64,000 bases of DNA from Trichormus sp. Lineage in GTDB: Bacteria; Cyanobacteriota; Cyanobacteriia; Cyanobacteriales; Nostocaceae. The position numbers and the translations under genes were made by a program. Shown here one piece after another: positions 1-11,067 of the stretch; within the stretch, counting starts at the first letter, position 1; each line of letters starts with the position of its first letter. Under the pieces are notes generated by a model that did no database searches, was not told where the DNA came from, and saw only the letters and a list, made by a program, of their open reading frames with translations. The stretch lies in contig JBODRP010000003.1 in assembly GCA_050633005.1 (NCBI GenBank), positions 2,101 to 66,100 of the forward strand, in the 5' to 3' direction.

Positions 1-374
1 TACCGGAACAAACTGCTAAAATTTACCAGAGCGATCGCTGGATGTTAAGAATAGTTGATGTATGCAAAGCCTTAGCTACCCGTGGTTATCCGCCAGAAGT
101 AGCAGCAGAATTACATTTAGAAATCCAAGATAACTTATTAAGCCACAATCAAGGTAAATTTATTTTATCTGTTGCCAACGGCCGGGGTGAAGTCACCAAA
201 GGAGGTAAAGGAGACTTCAAGCTAGACATTCAAGCATTAGCACCCTTATATTCCAGCCTATTTACACCCCATCAACTACAACTAGCCGGAAAACTAAATA
301 CAACAGCCACAGCACTCACCACCGCCACCCAAATATTTGCCAGTGCCTCCCCTTGGATGATGGATTTCTTTTAA
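1..374 (+). CDS. 3' part of Eis-like GNAT acetyltransferase (SCP2-like C-terminus), truncated by window start
   Basis: Frame is open from base 3; WMLRIVDV..AL..RGY and C-terminal PWMMDFF are typical of Eis-family proteins. Confidence 0.75.
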   Translation, partial: PEQTAKIYQSDRWMLRIVDVCKALATRGYPPEVAAELHLEIQDNLLSHNQGKFILSVANGRGEVTKGGKGDFKLDIQALAPLYSSLFTPHQLQLAGKLNTTATALTTATQIFASASPWMMDFF

Positions 375-587
375 CAGTGCTGGGTGAAGTAGAAATTATA
401 TCGTGTTTGGTTAAAGACTTATAATTAGGACTGCAAGGGAGCAGGGGGCAGGGGGCAGAAAGAGTTTTTTGTTGCTTGCACAGGTCAGACAATTATAACT
501 AATTATCCGAACTTGATATTACAACTTACAAATTACGAATTACGAATTACGTTAGCGGAGCGGGGCGTTAGCCCATTACGAATTATT

Positions 588-1508
588 ATGCACCATAGTT
601 CTGGACGCTGGCGTTTCGGGCTGGCGTTATCTTTATTAACTGTTTTTTTGTGGGGTGTGCTACCAATTGCCCTGAAGGTGGTACTACAAACCTTGGATGT
701 GTATACCGTGATTTGGTTTCGCTTTTTGGTGTCGTTTGTTTTATTGGCTATATATCTGGGGATGCGTGGTAAATTGCCACCCTTAAGACAATTGAGTGTT
801 AATAGTTGGAAATTATTAGCGATCGCTACTTTTATGTTAGCCGCTAATTACTTATTGTTTATGAAGGGTTTAGCGTTAACTTCCCCTGCTAACGCGGAAG
901 TGATTATTCAATTAGCTCCCCTATTATTAAGTTTTGGTGGTTTAGTCATTTTTCAAGAAAGATACAATTTGCAACAATGGTTAGGTGTGGGTGTATTAAC
1001 TTTAGGTTATGTGTTATTTTTTCGCGCCCAAATGACTAATGTAATTACTTCTACTAATACCTATGTTTTCGGCAGTGCTTTGGTAGTATTAGGGGCAGTA
1101 GTTTGGGCAATCTATGCTTTAGCTCAAAAGCAATTATTACAGTCTCTATCTTCTGCCCATATTATGTTGATGATTTATGGGGGATGTGCTGTATTATTTA
1201 CTCCCTTAGCCAAGATAGAAACAATTATTACACTGAGTAATTTTCATTTAGTAACTTTGGTTTTTTGTGGTTTAAATACACTCATTGCCTATGGTGCTTT
1301 TGCCGAATCTTTAGAACATTGGGAAGCATCAAGAGTCAGTGCTGTCTTAGCATTAGCACCAATTGTCACCTTAATAGCAGTAGAGTTAACATCACTAATT
1401 GCACCTAATTTAATTCCTCCAGAAAGACTGACAATTTTAGGTATATTAGGTGCATTGTTAGTAGTAGGTGGTTCAATAGCGATCGCACTTAAGAAAAATA
1501 AGACATAG
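588..1508 (+). CDS. DMT/EamA family transporter
   Basis: About 10 TM helices in two EamA repeats; ATG 588 (MHHSSGRW) preferred because the upstream extension runs through STRR/SDR repeats. Confidence 0.85.
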   Translation: MHHSSGRWRFGLALSLLTVFLWGVLPIALKVVLQTLDVYTVIWFRFLVSFVLLAIYLGMRGKLPPLRQLSVNSWKLLAIATFMLAANYLLFMKGLALTSPANAEVIIQLAPLLLSFGGLVIFQERYNLQQWLGVGVLTLGYVLFFRAQMTNVITSTNTYVFGSALVVLGAVVWAIYALAQKQLLQSLSSAHIMLMIYGGCAVLFTPLAKIETIITLSNFHLVTLVFCGLNTLIAYGAFAESLEHWEASRVSAVLALAPIVTLIAVELTSLIAPNLIPPERLTILGILGALLVVGGSIAIALKKNKT

Positions 1509-2020
1509 GTCATACCAATTCTCTATGAAGTTGCGCCAAATAAATGATGTAGAGACGTTCCATGCAACGTCTCTACAGTACAGAATAAAGTGCATCTATG
1601 GCTACGCCAGGCAAGCTACATCAAGAAACGGTATAAGCTGTTGGACATTTAATTTGCATATTCACATTGCAGGAGGGCAGGGAGGAGCAAAGGTTTACAG
1701 ATTGTTTAGACAAATCAAATGATGCAACTTATAAAGAATCTCAAAAAAACTTAACCTTTCAAGCTACATCAAAACTACTGAGGCAGTAAATCTTAGTATT
1801 TGCTATAATTATTAGCGTTAGTATCAGGCATCAATTTACATCTCTGCAAGGGTGAATCTTTTTGTACCTGTATATCCAGTAAAAAGCAGAATTTTTACGC
1901 CAACTTCCTGGACTTGTAAGGGTATTACACATTTAAATTACACAGCAATCATCCTGTTAACTGTGATAGTAGCTAACAGATAATAGGTGACACAATGATC
2001 AAACTCTGAGCATAACATAA

Positions 2021-2197
2021 GCTCGACTTTATCCATTTTTACGAAGCCCAAAACCCGACGCTGAAACCATTATGGGATGGTAGTTTTAGTTTTTGGACTT
2101 GAGTGCGAATCAGTGACATGGAAAAAGTCTTTGCCAAAAAACCAGGATTTTTGCCGGATAAGGAAAGCCGAGTTCTTAATTTTGGATAAAGTCGAGC
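2021..2197. mobile_element. 177-bp MITE-like element, copy 1
   Basis: 15-bp TIR GCTCGACTTTATCCA...TGGATAAAGTCGAGC with TAA on both flanks; identical to 7416-7592 except the first base; no ORF. Confidence 0.85.
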
Positions 2198-2375
2198 TAA
2201 GACTCATATTTGATTTTTACAAAAATACCTAGTCAGTCCACTACATATAATTAATTACGAATTACGAATTACGAATTACGTTAGCGTAGCGGGGCGCAGC
2301 CCATTACGAATTAATCCAACTGGGTGTCAGCATTCCTACCAAAAATCAGCATTACACCACTAAAACAGTTGAGCA

Positions 2376-4073
2376 ATGAATAGTTTATTGAAGAAGTGGA
2401 CTAACAAAGTTAGTAAACATTCACTGTTGTTAGTCCTGTCAACACTACTACCAACATTAGGAATTAATCATCGAGTTATAGGAGCAGAACGAGTCTATAC
2501 TTCTTATTCAGGATTAGAGTTATCTATTTCTGTTGCTAGTTTAGAAGCATACGCCAAAACAGGTGTCTTCAATGAAGAATTAGCAATTTATCAACAATAT
2601 TTATCTGGTAAACAGTTTCAAGAATTGCGGCAAATTTTATCTACACCAGTAAAAGTAAGTTCAGTAGTGTTGTCGCAATTTCTGCATACTCCCCAAGGTG
2701 AATTTTTACTGCGGCGGTTGGGGCAAGTAATTCAAAGTAAGAGTATACAAACACAACCGCAATTAAATGCTTTACGTTCCGCGTTAGTGTTAGCAGCTAG
2801 TGAACCAGAAGGGTTAACTTTCTTAAATTTATTACGGAAATATCCGGCTGACGGCATCTATATTAATTTAGCCCAAAGTTTCACGATAGCTGGGGAATTA
2901 CAGAAAATTGTTCATCAAACTCATCAAGCGATCGCACTTGTTACCAATAAATCAAATCTAGAAGCTGCTAGTATACAAACTACCAAAGGTTTATCTCAAT
3001 TACCAGATTTAAGCAACCAGGGAAACATCCCGGCGCAAAAACAGACTTTGAGGTTGTTTGATTCTACACGGAATCGGTTATTGGTAACTGATATTTATCT
3101 TCCCCGTATCCAACAAACTGCGCCTGTAATTGTGATTTCTCATGGTTTGGGTTCAGACAGCAGTAACTTTGAGTATTTAGCTAGCCACTTAGCATCTTAT
3201 GGGTTTGCAGTAGTTGTTCCTAATCATCCCGGTAGTGATGCAGGGCAAGCGCGACGTGTGCATCAACAAGGAAATGATGTCATATCAGTAGAGGAATTTC
3301 AACACCGACCATTAGATGTCAAGTATATTTTAGATCAACTAGAAATCAGTAATCAGTCTCATGGTGAGTTTCAGGGTAAATTAAATCTGCAACAAGTTGG
3401 TGTGTTTGGGCAATCTTTAGGAGGCTACACAGCTTTAGCCTTGGCTGGGGGTAAAATTAACTTTGAGCAATTGCAACAAGACTGCAAACCAGAGAAACTC
3501 AACAAAACCTGGAATATGTCTTTATTATTTCAGTGTCGTGCCTTGGCATTGAAAGATAATTACCCATTAAATAACTTACAAGATCAACGAGTCAAAGCTG
3601 CGATCGCAGTTAACCCCATCACCAGTTCTATTTTTGGCAAAGCTGGGATGAATCAGATTAAAATCCCTGTGATGCTCATTGGTAGTAGTGAAGATACAGT
3701 TGCACCAGCTTTGTATGAGCAAATTTTACCCTTTTCCTGGCTAGCTAATTCCCCCAAATATCTCGCCATGCTTGTCGGTGGAACTCATTTCACCACCATT
3801 GGCAACAGTCACCCCAGTAGCCAGCAAGTAGCTTTATCTCAAGATTTAGTAGGGGATGCGGTGCAAGCACATCGCTACATGAATGTTTTAAGTTTACCTT
3901 TCTTCCAAACCTATGTAGCTAAAAATGGAGAATATGCACCTTATTTAAGTGCAGCTTATGCCAAAAATATTTCTACTAATTCTCTGGCTTTGAAAATTGT
4001 TCAGTCTCTCACTACCACAGAGTTAGCACAGGGGTTAAGTGGTGAAGCTAATACCATTAACCCACAATACTAA
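2376..4073 (+). CDS. DUF1400-domain alpha/beta hydrolase
   Basis: N-terminal DUF1400-like region; ISHGLGS; GQSLGG nucleophile elbow; GGTHF. Confidence 0.85.
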   Translation: MNSLLKKWTNKVSKHSLLLVLSTLLPTLGINHRVIGAERVYTSYSGLELSISVASLEAYAKTGVFNEELAIYQQYLSGKQFQELRQILSTPVKVSSVVLSQFLHTPQGEFLLRRLGQVIQSKSIQTQPQLNALRSALVLAASEPEGLTFLNLLRKYPADGIYINLAQSFTIAGELQKIVHQTHQAIALVTNKSNLEAASIQTTKGLSQLPDLSNQGNIPAQKQTLRLFDSTRNRLLVTDIYLPRIQQTAPVIVISHGLGSDSSNFEYLASHLASYGFAVVVPNHPGSDAGQARRVHQQGNDVISVEEFQHRPLDVKYILDQLEISNQSHGEFQGKLNLQQVGVFGQSLGGYTALALAGGKINFEQLQQDCKPEKLNKTWNMSLLFQCRALALKDNYPLNNLQDQRVKAAIAVNPITSSIFGKAGMNQIKIPVMLIGSSEDTVAPALYEQILPFSWLANSPKYLAMLVGGTHFTTIGNSHPSSQQVALSQDLVGDAVQAHRYMNVLSLPFFQTYVAKNGEYAPYLSAAYAKNISTNSLALKIVQSLTTTELAQGLSGEANTINPQY

Positions 4074-4155
4074 TTAAGACTGACGCAGGTGTCAAAAACA
4101 GGGTGTAGGGGAGAAAGCATTAGAAGCAACACCTTTGGTGCGTTAAGGCTTACGC

Positions 4156-4872
4156 CTAACACACCCTACTGGCGTGACTACAAGCAAGATTATTGAATAT
4201 ACTATTCATAATCAAATTAATTTTAGCAAAATTATCTGTTTGATACAGCATTTCTGCTGGCTGCTGGATATATTTATCGTCCACAATTTCCTCACCACAA
4301 TTGGCAATAATTTGGCTAACACTCTCCTGAGTTGATTCTAAGTGAAACTGCAAACCTAACACTCGCTGATTATATATAAAAGCTTGATTTTCACAACCTT
4401 CACTATAAGCTAACCGAGTTGCACCTGGCGGTAAATCAAAGGTATCACCATGCCAATGGAACACTGTAAATTGCTGTGGTAATTCCCCAAACAAAGTTGA
4501 GTTTTGTGCTTCCTGAGTGAGTTGAATCGGAAACCAACCGATCTCTTTATACTTGCCACTATAAACTTGAGAACCCAAAACATCTGCGATTAACTGCGAA
4601 CCCAAACAAATGCCAACTACTGTTTTATTAGCTGTAATTGCTTGTTCAATAAATCGCTTCTCTTGTGTTAACCAAGGATATTGATGATCTTCATAAATAT
4701 TCATTGGCCCACCCATTACTACTAGCCAATCAATATCTCCTACTGGGGGTAATGATTCATCCGCATAAAATCTAGTCGCGGAAAGTTCATGTTTGTGTTC
4801 TAATGCCCATTGCTCAATACTAGCAGGTGTTTCAAAAGGAACGTGCTGCAAGTAATGTATCTTCATCTTCAA
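4156..4872 (-). CDS. Type 1 glutamine amidotransferase-like protein
   Basis: GGPM, GICLGSQL and QFHLE motifs. Confidence 0.9.
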   Translation of the reverse strand: MKMKIHYLQHVPFETPASIEQWALEHKHELSATRFYADESLPPVGDIDWLVVMGGPMNIYEDHQYPWLTQEKRFIEQAITANKTVVGICLGSQLIADVLGSQVYSGKYKEIGWFPIQLTQEAQNSTLFGELPQQFTVFHWHGDTFDLPPGATRLAYSEGCENQAFIYNQRVLGLQFHLESTQESVSQIIANCGEEIVDDKYIQQPAEMLYQTDNFAKINLIMNSIFNNLACSHASRVC

Positions 4873-5095
4873 CTCCCGAATATTCGTTTGTAGTAAGGGC
4901 TTTAGCCCTTTATTATGATAAGTTCATAATTTTGATTTCAAGTACAATGAATACAACAAAAGTCTGATGGATAATATCACTACCATCACCCTGGCCATAT
5001 ATTACCGTATTAATTTGGCGATCGCTTCCCAAATACAGGGTATCATCTGCAAATACACATTCTCCAGTAGTTTATGAGTAGCCGAAATAGTAAAG

Positions 5096-5126
5096 TTAAC
5101 CCTCTTGTGCATATCAAGAGGGTTAA
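5096..5126 (-). terminator. Hairpin terminator downstream of porin gene
   Basis: Perfect 12-bp stem TTAACCCTCTTG/CAAGAGGGTTAA about 22 bp after the stop. Confidence 0.65.
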
Positions 5127-5148
5127 ATAATTAGATTCTCAGCCGCTT

Positions 5149-6903
5149 TTAGAATCGGAAGGTAGTCCGAACAACACCAGTGTAGATGGTATCGTTGTTA
5201 CTGTTATGTTCTGGGTTAAAAATGACAATTAACCCTGGTGTAATTGAAATATTACTATTTACTTGATAGCGGTACAGAGCTTCTAAATGGAAAGATGTAT
5301 CTGTATCTTCACGGCGATTGCTAGTAGGAGTTAAAACAGCAGGGCCAAAATCATTACTAGTAACTTTTGGTGGTTGTCCAAAAATTAAACCGCCCAAGTT
5401 ACCCTTTTTACCCAAGTCGGGAAAAGCTAAAGTGACAGCCCAATTCCAAATGTCTGCTTTATCACCACGATTCACATTTGTACCAGAACTAACTTCAGCG
5501 ATCGCTTGAGTATATCCCACCCATCCAGAAAGCACAAATTCGGGCTTAAAACGATAACTAGTTTGTAAACTGTAATGGTTGGCGGAAGTCGCAACCCCAG
5601 CACCAAAGGGAGTATTGGCAAAGGTACTACCATAAGCACCAGAAACCGTCACATCCCCAGCCCCACCACTCAGGTAAGAATGGGCATAGCTCAAACCCAG
5701 GGTAAAGTTTTTATTGGGTTTAAATTCTAACTGCGCCAAAGCTCCATAACTACCATCAAATAGGCCTCTACCTGGTGTTGGTTCACTACCGCGTCTGGCA
5801 ATATATCCCCCTGACAAGGTGATAGCGTCACTCAACTGGAAAATAGCACTGATTCCTGAACCTGTATTACTCCCAGAACCAGTGTTACTGGCGCGATAAA
5901 TAGGGGAGAAGCGACCAAACCGTGATATTGCACCGCTAGGAGCTGATGCTAACAGGGGGTTAATCGTATTGAAGTTATCGTAAAACTCCCCACCAATGGC
6001 ATCAAGAATAACTTGAAGTCTATCATTCACAGGAAAGCGATAGAATAACTTACCTAAGTGGACGCTGTTATCTAGGTTATTAGTTGAGTCCCATCCCAGA
6101 CGACTCATATTAGTCCCTGTGATTGGAGCATTAAAAGCTGTAGTGTTGGTAGCTTCTAAACGAGCAAACAAGTAGTCTTTGCCAGTAAAGCTAGAGATGA
6201 GATTCAAGCGGACGCGATCGCTAAAAATAGCATTATCTCGCAAATCCCGACCTGCTGCACCATAGGCATTGTTTTTAGCAGCCTCACGCGCAGTTCCCGC
6301 CGGTTGAGCATTGATAGTCCGCCATTGGTCAGAGTTTAAGGCTCTATCTCCACCAAATACACTACCAACAGTGAAAATTACCTCTGCATTTAACTTGGTA
6401 GTGGCAGAAAATTGTTGACTTTCTAAAGTAGCTGTACGTGCTTCTAAACTGTCAACTCGTCCCCGCAGTTCTGTTAATCCTTCTGCAAACTCTTCTTGTA
6501 GTTTTTGCAGTGTGGCTAAGTCTTCTTTTGTGACTAAATCCGCCGTACTCGTACCAATCAGTTCGTTAATTCGATTCAAACAAGCATTCAAACCCGCCGC
6601 AAATTCATAGCGAGTCATGGCGCGATTACCCCGGAAGGTGCTATTGGGATATCCCGCAATACAACCATAACGCTCAACTAACGATTGCAATGCTTGGAAA
6701 GCCCAATCTGTCGGTTGCACATCAGATAGTTGCGAAACTGATGTTACCTGACTCATCGATGAGTTATCAGCTACATCTTCCTGTGCTTGCACCTGTGCAA
6801 TATCTTTTTCTACAGGAGATGCTGATGCAGCTTGAGCCATGATCACATTCACTCCCAGCAGCATCGGAGCGACATACAAAGACTTCCATACCATGTTTGA
6901 CAT
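5149..6903 (-). CDS. SLH-domain outer membrane porin (OprB/iron-uptake porin family)
   Basis: QVTSVSQLSDVQPTDWAFQALQSLVERYGCIAGYP SLH motif, coiled coil, beta-barrel ending RTTFRF; ATG 6903 preferred. Confidence 0.92.
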   Translation of the reverse strand: MSNMVWKSLYVAPMLLGVNVIMAQAASASPVEKDIAQVQAQEDVADNSSMSQVTSVSQLSDVQPTDWAFQALQSLVERYGCIAGYPNSTFRGNRAMTRYEFAAGLNACLNRINELIGTSTADLVTKEDLATLQKLQEEFAEGLTELRGRVDSLEARTATLESQQFSATTKLNAEVIFTVGSVFGGDRALNSDQWRTINAQPAGTAREAAKNNAYGAAGRDLRDNAIFSDRVRLNLISSFTGKDYLFARLEATNTTAFNAPITGTNMSRLGWDSTNNLDNSVHLGKLFYRFPVNDRLQVILDAIGGEFYDNFNTINPLLASAPSGAISRFGRFSPIYRASNTGSGSNTGSGISAIFQLSDAITLSGGYIARRGSEPTPGRGLFDGSYGALAQLEFKPNKNFTLGLSYAHSYLSGGAGDVTVSGAYGSTFANTPFGAGVATSANHYSLQTSYRFKPEFVLSGWVGYTQAIAEVSSGTNVNRGDKADIWNWAVTLAFPDLGKKGNLGGLIFGQPPKVTSNDFGPAVLTPTSNRREDTDTSFHLEALYRYQVNSNISITPGLIVIFNPEHNSNNDTIYTGVVRTTFRF

Positions 6904-7415
6904 TTGCCTCACACCTGAAAAACATTTTACCAATATAGTTGGTATAAAGTTAAATTAGTATATATCATTTACCAAGGTAAGTAGTTTTTATGACTTTTTT
7001 ATCGAAACAATCGGGTCTAAAACCTCGCCTTTTAAGGCGAAAAGTTTTGGCACGGGGTTAAAACCCTGTGACAAAACGTAATTGCGAATTGCGAATTGCG
7101 AATTGCGAATTGGTTTATCCAGAGATATCTTCTGAGCATCACTGAATTGTTACAATTCTCTGACTTAAATACATTGATTTATACCAACCTAATTGGTAAA
7201 GTATCTCTATCTATTAAATAATCATAGATCCCAGAAAGTCAAGACTTTCAGCCTTAAATAAACTGCTATTTGAGTGTTAGTTCCCTGAAATTATAGCAGT
7301 AGTATAAACATCTCATGATTATCTACCAACCATGAAAAAGCAGTTTTTTGCGTTTTCATTGAGAGCTTGTGCTGTCAATACTACATTACCAACCCCAGTA
7401 TTTGCCGTTACCTTA

Positions 7416-7592
7416 TCTCGACTTTATCCATTTTTACGAAGCCCAAAACCCGACGCTGAAACCATTATGGGATGGTAGTTTTAGTTTTTGGACTTGAGTG
7501 CGAATCAGTGACATGGAAAAAGTCTTTGCCAAAAAACCAGGATTTTTGCCGGATAAGGAAAGCCGAGTTCTTAATTTTGGATAAAGTCGAGC
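7416..7592. mobile_element. 177-bp MITE-like element, copy 2
   Basis: Direct copy of 2021-2197, flanked by CCTTA/TAAGG. Confidence 0.85.
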
Positions 7593-7897
7593 TAAGGTGC
7601 ATCACTGCGAGAGAACCTAACTATACCAAGTTGTGAGAGCGATCGCGTAGTTTAATATATAGTGTTTAGGAAATGCGATCGCGTAATATAACGTCATATA
7701 TAGTGTTTATTGATTTTATTCTTAACTGCACCCTATTGCCTTATGTGTGGAAATATTGATTTAGCCTTGATATGAAAGATTGCAAAATTGAAGTTTCTGG
7801 TAAAATTGAATCAACCAGAGTGTAGTTTCTATTTGGTTCAAGTTTAATTGTTGTAATTGCCGCAGTATTGTTTACCGTTCCAGATGAGAACTGAGGC

Positions 7898-8470
7898 ATG
7901 GATAGAAGTATATTTTTAGATGTTTTGTATAGCTTACAAAGATTGTTTGTAGGTTACATTCCTGCTGCTGTTGTAGGCAGTTTTTTCGGTTATTTAATGG
8001 GGGTTAATGGCACAGTTTATCAAATATTTAGACGGATAATTCAGATACCTCATAGCATTCCCCCTATTGCTTTGCTACCGATAATGTTGGTTGTCTGGCA
8101 AGAGAAAGAATCAGCCGTAGTGATAGTAATTTTTATTGCTAGTTTCTGGACAATTTTGCTCAATACAGCCATAGGTATGCGACACTTCCGCAGACAAGAT
8201 AACAATTTTCGTGTAGCTATATTCCACCTTTTTCATGCTCTGAAAGTTGGGATTTGGGTAGCATGGTTTACGGTGATTGCAATAGAAATGTTAATAGATA
8301 AAAAAGGGCTTGGCTCTCTGGCATGGGATGGCTATAAATCAGTCAACATCAATTATATAATTCAGGCGATAATTTACATCGGTGTCATCGGTTTTCTGCT
8401 AGATCAATTACTCGATTTAACAGGATATATGCTAGCTCAAATTGTGAGTAATGGTAAAAAGTCTGGCTGA
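7898..8470 (+). CDS. Nitrate/sulfonate/bicarbonate-type ABC permease (short, orphan)
   Basis: SLQRLFVGY, IPPIALLP and AWFTVIAIEML..KGLG motifs of NrtB/SsuC-like permeases. Confidence 0.75.
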   Translation: MDRSIFLDVLYSLQRLFVGYIPAAVVGSFFGYLMGVNGTVYQIFRRIIQIPHSIPPIALLPIMLVVWQEKESAVVIVIFIASFWTILLNTAIGMRHFRRQDNNFRVAIFHLFHALKVGIWVAWFTVIAIEMLIDKKGLGSLAWDGYKSVNINYIIQAIIYIGVIGFLLDQLLDLTGYMLAQIVSNGKKSG

Positions 8471-8481
8471 ATATTTGTAAG

Positions 8482-8602
8482 GGGAGCAGGGGGCAGGGGA
8501 GGCAGGGGAGGCAGGGGAGGCAGGGGAGGCAGGGGAGGCAGGGGAGAAATTTTTACCCCAATGCCCGATGCCCAATGCCCGATGCCCAATGCCCAATGCC
8601 CC
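8482..8602. repeat. STRR cluster (GGGGAGGCA)n followed by (TGCCCAA)n
   Basis: Tandem 7-9-mers between convergent genes; similar clusters at about 12316-12420, 17657-17858, 22465-22640, 24382-24527, 31318-31450, 33731-33910, 34638-34795 and 50600-50760. Confidence 0.85.
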
Positions 8603-8632
8603 AAAATTCCTTAATTCCTGTTAGATATTGAA

Positions 8633-9724
8633 TTAGGATAGTTGATGCTCAATCTTGATATTACGACTTGTCATAACTTGCTCAAATAACTCTGTTGGTA
8701 GTGCGGCTTCTACTGGCCAAACTCCTGGTTTTTTCAGTTTACCTGCTAATAATAATTGGGCAATACTACCTGTACCACAGCCAGCCGCAATTGCTGTATT
8801 TTTATGTACTAAAGTTGAGGAATAAACAGTATCTTCACCATTTATTTTTCCTCTCACTTCTGAGCGTACTGCTACACCAATGCCACTAAAAACATTGGTG
8901 ACATCTGTCATCAAATGACTAACATGAGACAAAAATTCAATTGTACTTTGACGCTGCATCCAAAATTTAGGAAAAATATGAGCAGCAATCCAAGTCAAAT
9001 GATTATAAAAATCTGGTATTGAACCAAACTTAGTAATTACAGTGTTGATATTAGGAAAAGTCAGGGGAATTGTGAAGGTTTCTGGCATATCAAACCAGTA
9101 GACTCCACTGCGGTTGTAAGGAGAGGGGAAATTGACAACTTCTCTCTCACTATATGGTTTAATTAATTGCCATTTTCCATCTATCCAAGCCTGAAAAGGA
9201 TGTTGCAATCCTAAAAAAGTAGTCCGCATGACTGTAATACCAGCACCGCCAGAACCAGCAACTAAATAACTTAAATGTACCTTTTCTGGCTGGTCGAATT
9301 TTTCAATACCTTGGCGTACCATACTATTAGAAATACCGGGGAAAATACCAGTATTAACAATAGCTGTTACCCCAGCATTGATAGCTTGTTGGTGATAATT
9401 TAAAGCTTTTTGAGTAAAAGAACGGTGGTCACTAACATCTAAATAGTTAACCCCCTGTTCAATGCAGAGCTTGAGAACATGAGCATCACGATAATGAAAC
9501 GGCCCTGCACAGTGAATTACTAGATTAGATTTTGCGATCGCTTCCCGTAATTTGTCAACCTCTGCCAAGTCCAACACCAGCAATGGGAAATCACTCCCCT
9601 GACTTATTTGTGGGGAACGGCCAGTGATAGTAATTTCAGCTTGAGTATGGGTAGCAATATCTTGGGCAACACTTCTACCAATGCGTCCCCGTCCTCCCAG
9701 AATTAAAACGCGGTCTGTCATCAC
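8633..9724 (-). CDS. Saccharopine dehydrogenase-like oxidoreductase
   Basis: GGRGRIG Rossmann motif, HCAGPF, TGIFPGISN, KKPGVWPVE. Confidence 0.85.
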   Translation of the reverse strand: MMTDRVLILGGRGRIGRSVAQDIATHTQAEITITGRSPQISQGSDFPLLVLDLAEVDKLREAIAKSNLVIHCAGPFHYRDAHVLKLCIEQGVNYLDVSDHRSFTQKALNYHQQAINAGVTAIVNTGIFPGISNSMVRQGIEKFDQPEKVHLSYLVAGSGGAGITVMRTTFLGLQHPFQAWIDGKWQLIKPYSEREVVNFPSPYNRSGVYWFDMPETFTIPLTFPNINTVITKFGSIPDFYNHLTWIAAHIFPKFWMQRQSTIEFLSHVSHLMTDVTNVFSGIGVAVRSEVRGKINGEDTVYSSTLVHKNTAIAAGCGTGSIAQLLLAGKLKKPGVWPVEAALPTELFEQVMTSRNIKIEHQLS

Positions 9725-9930
9725 TCCCTGTAGGCAACGATACCTCTATTTGACCAGTTTTTTGTCCTGTTGACATCAGCTACAGGTGGTAATTCGTAAC
9801 AATTGAGAACATTATTTTTGGCACAGAGGTTTTCGGCGGATACAATAAACGCAAGATAGATGTTCTGTCTGCTTAATCAGCTACATTAAGTGGCAAAATT
9901 ACGTAAAATCGCGGCATTCTACTAAAGATT

Positions 9931-11064
9931 ATGGCTCAAACTGTAACCCCGCATCAAAGAGGAATTGTGGCTTTTCAACCGCTTGATGTTGAACTGCGGA
10001 ATGTGTTTAAATTTTTTAACCAAGAACCAGCATTACACGGGATAGATTTAGATATTAGACAGGGAGAGTTTTTTAGTATTTTAGGCCCTTCTGGTTGTGG
10101 TAAAACTACTACGCTGCGTCTGATTGCTGGGTTTGAACAGGTAGATGCGGGTAAGTTATTGATTCAGGGGCAGTCAATGACTGATGTACCTCCTTATCGT
10201 CGCCCTGTGAATACGGTGTTTCAAAGCTATGCCTTGTTTAATCATCTGAATGTGTGGAATAATATCGCCTTTGGACTACGACTCAAAAAACAGAAACTGG
10301 GTAAAGGTGAAATTGAAAGTCGAGTCAACGAAGCTTTAAAGTTGGTGAAGATGGAAAGTTTGCGATCGCGTTTTCCCCATCAACTTTCCGGCGGTCAGCA
10401 ACAAAGGGTAGCATTAGCTAGGGCTTTAGTGAATCGTCCGGCTGTGGTGCTGTTAGATGAGCCTTTGGGGGCGTTAGATTTGAAACTCCGCAAGGAAATG
10501 CAGGTAGAGTTATCAAATTTACACAAAGAACTCGGTTTAACTTTCATTATGGTGACGCACGACCAAGAAGAAGCGTTATCATTAAGCGATCGCATTGCGG
10601 TGATGAATCAAGGCAAAATTGAGCAAATTGGTACTCCTAGCGCAATTTACGAGCGTCCTAAAACAGCTTTTGTAGCAGATTTTATTGGGGATACAAATTT
10701 ATTTAGCGGCGAAATCACAGCCGTGGAAACTTCACTAGTGCAAGTTGTCACTAAAACCGGACTAACTCTTGTAGTAAATCGCACTGAGGATACACCAACA
10801 GAACTCCTCAAAACTGTAGTTGTCAGTATCCGCCCAGAAAAAATTCAGCTGTCGTTATATCAGCCGACTTTAGTACACAATTGCTTTGAAGGCAGGCTAG
10901 TCAATGTCATGTATTTAGGTACTCACGTTAATTATGTTGTCGAATTAATTAACGGCATCACTATCAATGTTTTACAGCCTAATACCTTTGGTAGTTTACC
11001 AGACCGAAATACGCCTATTTATGCTTGGTGGGCAGAAGATGATTGTTTAGCTATTGATTCTTAA
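9931..11064 (+). CDS. potA: Polyamine ABC transporter ATPase
   Basis: [34 protein letters not shown]-terminal TOBE domain. Confidence 0.9.
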   Translation: MAQTVTPHQRGIVAFQPLDVELRNVFKFFNQEPALHGIDLDIRQGEFFSILGPSGCGKTTTLRLIAGFEQVDAGKLLIQGQSMTDVPPYRRPVNTVFQSYALFNHLNVWNNIAFGLRLKKQKLGKGEIESRVNEALKLVKMESLRSRFPHQLSGGQQQRVALARALVNRPAVVLLDEPLGALDLKLRKEMQVELSNLHKELGLTFIMVTHDQEEALSLSDRIAVMNQGKIEQIGTPSAIYERPKTAFVADFIGDTNLFSGEITAVETSLVQVVTKTGLTLVVNRTEDTPTELLKTVVVSIRPEKIQLSLYQPTLVHNCFEGRLVNVMYLGTHVNYVVELINGITINVLQPNTFGSLPDRNTPIYAWWAEDDCLAIDS

Positions 11065-11067
11065 CTA

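Noticed and set aside
7637..7710. Local duplication GCGATCGCGTA...ATATATAGTGTTTA
   Set aside because: Short and imperfect, probably a HIP1-associated duplication; no function supportable
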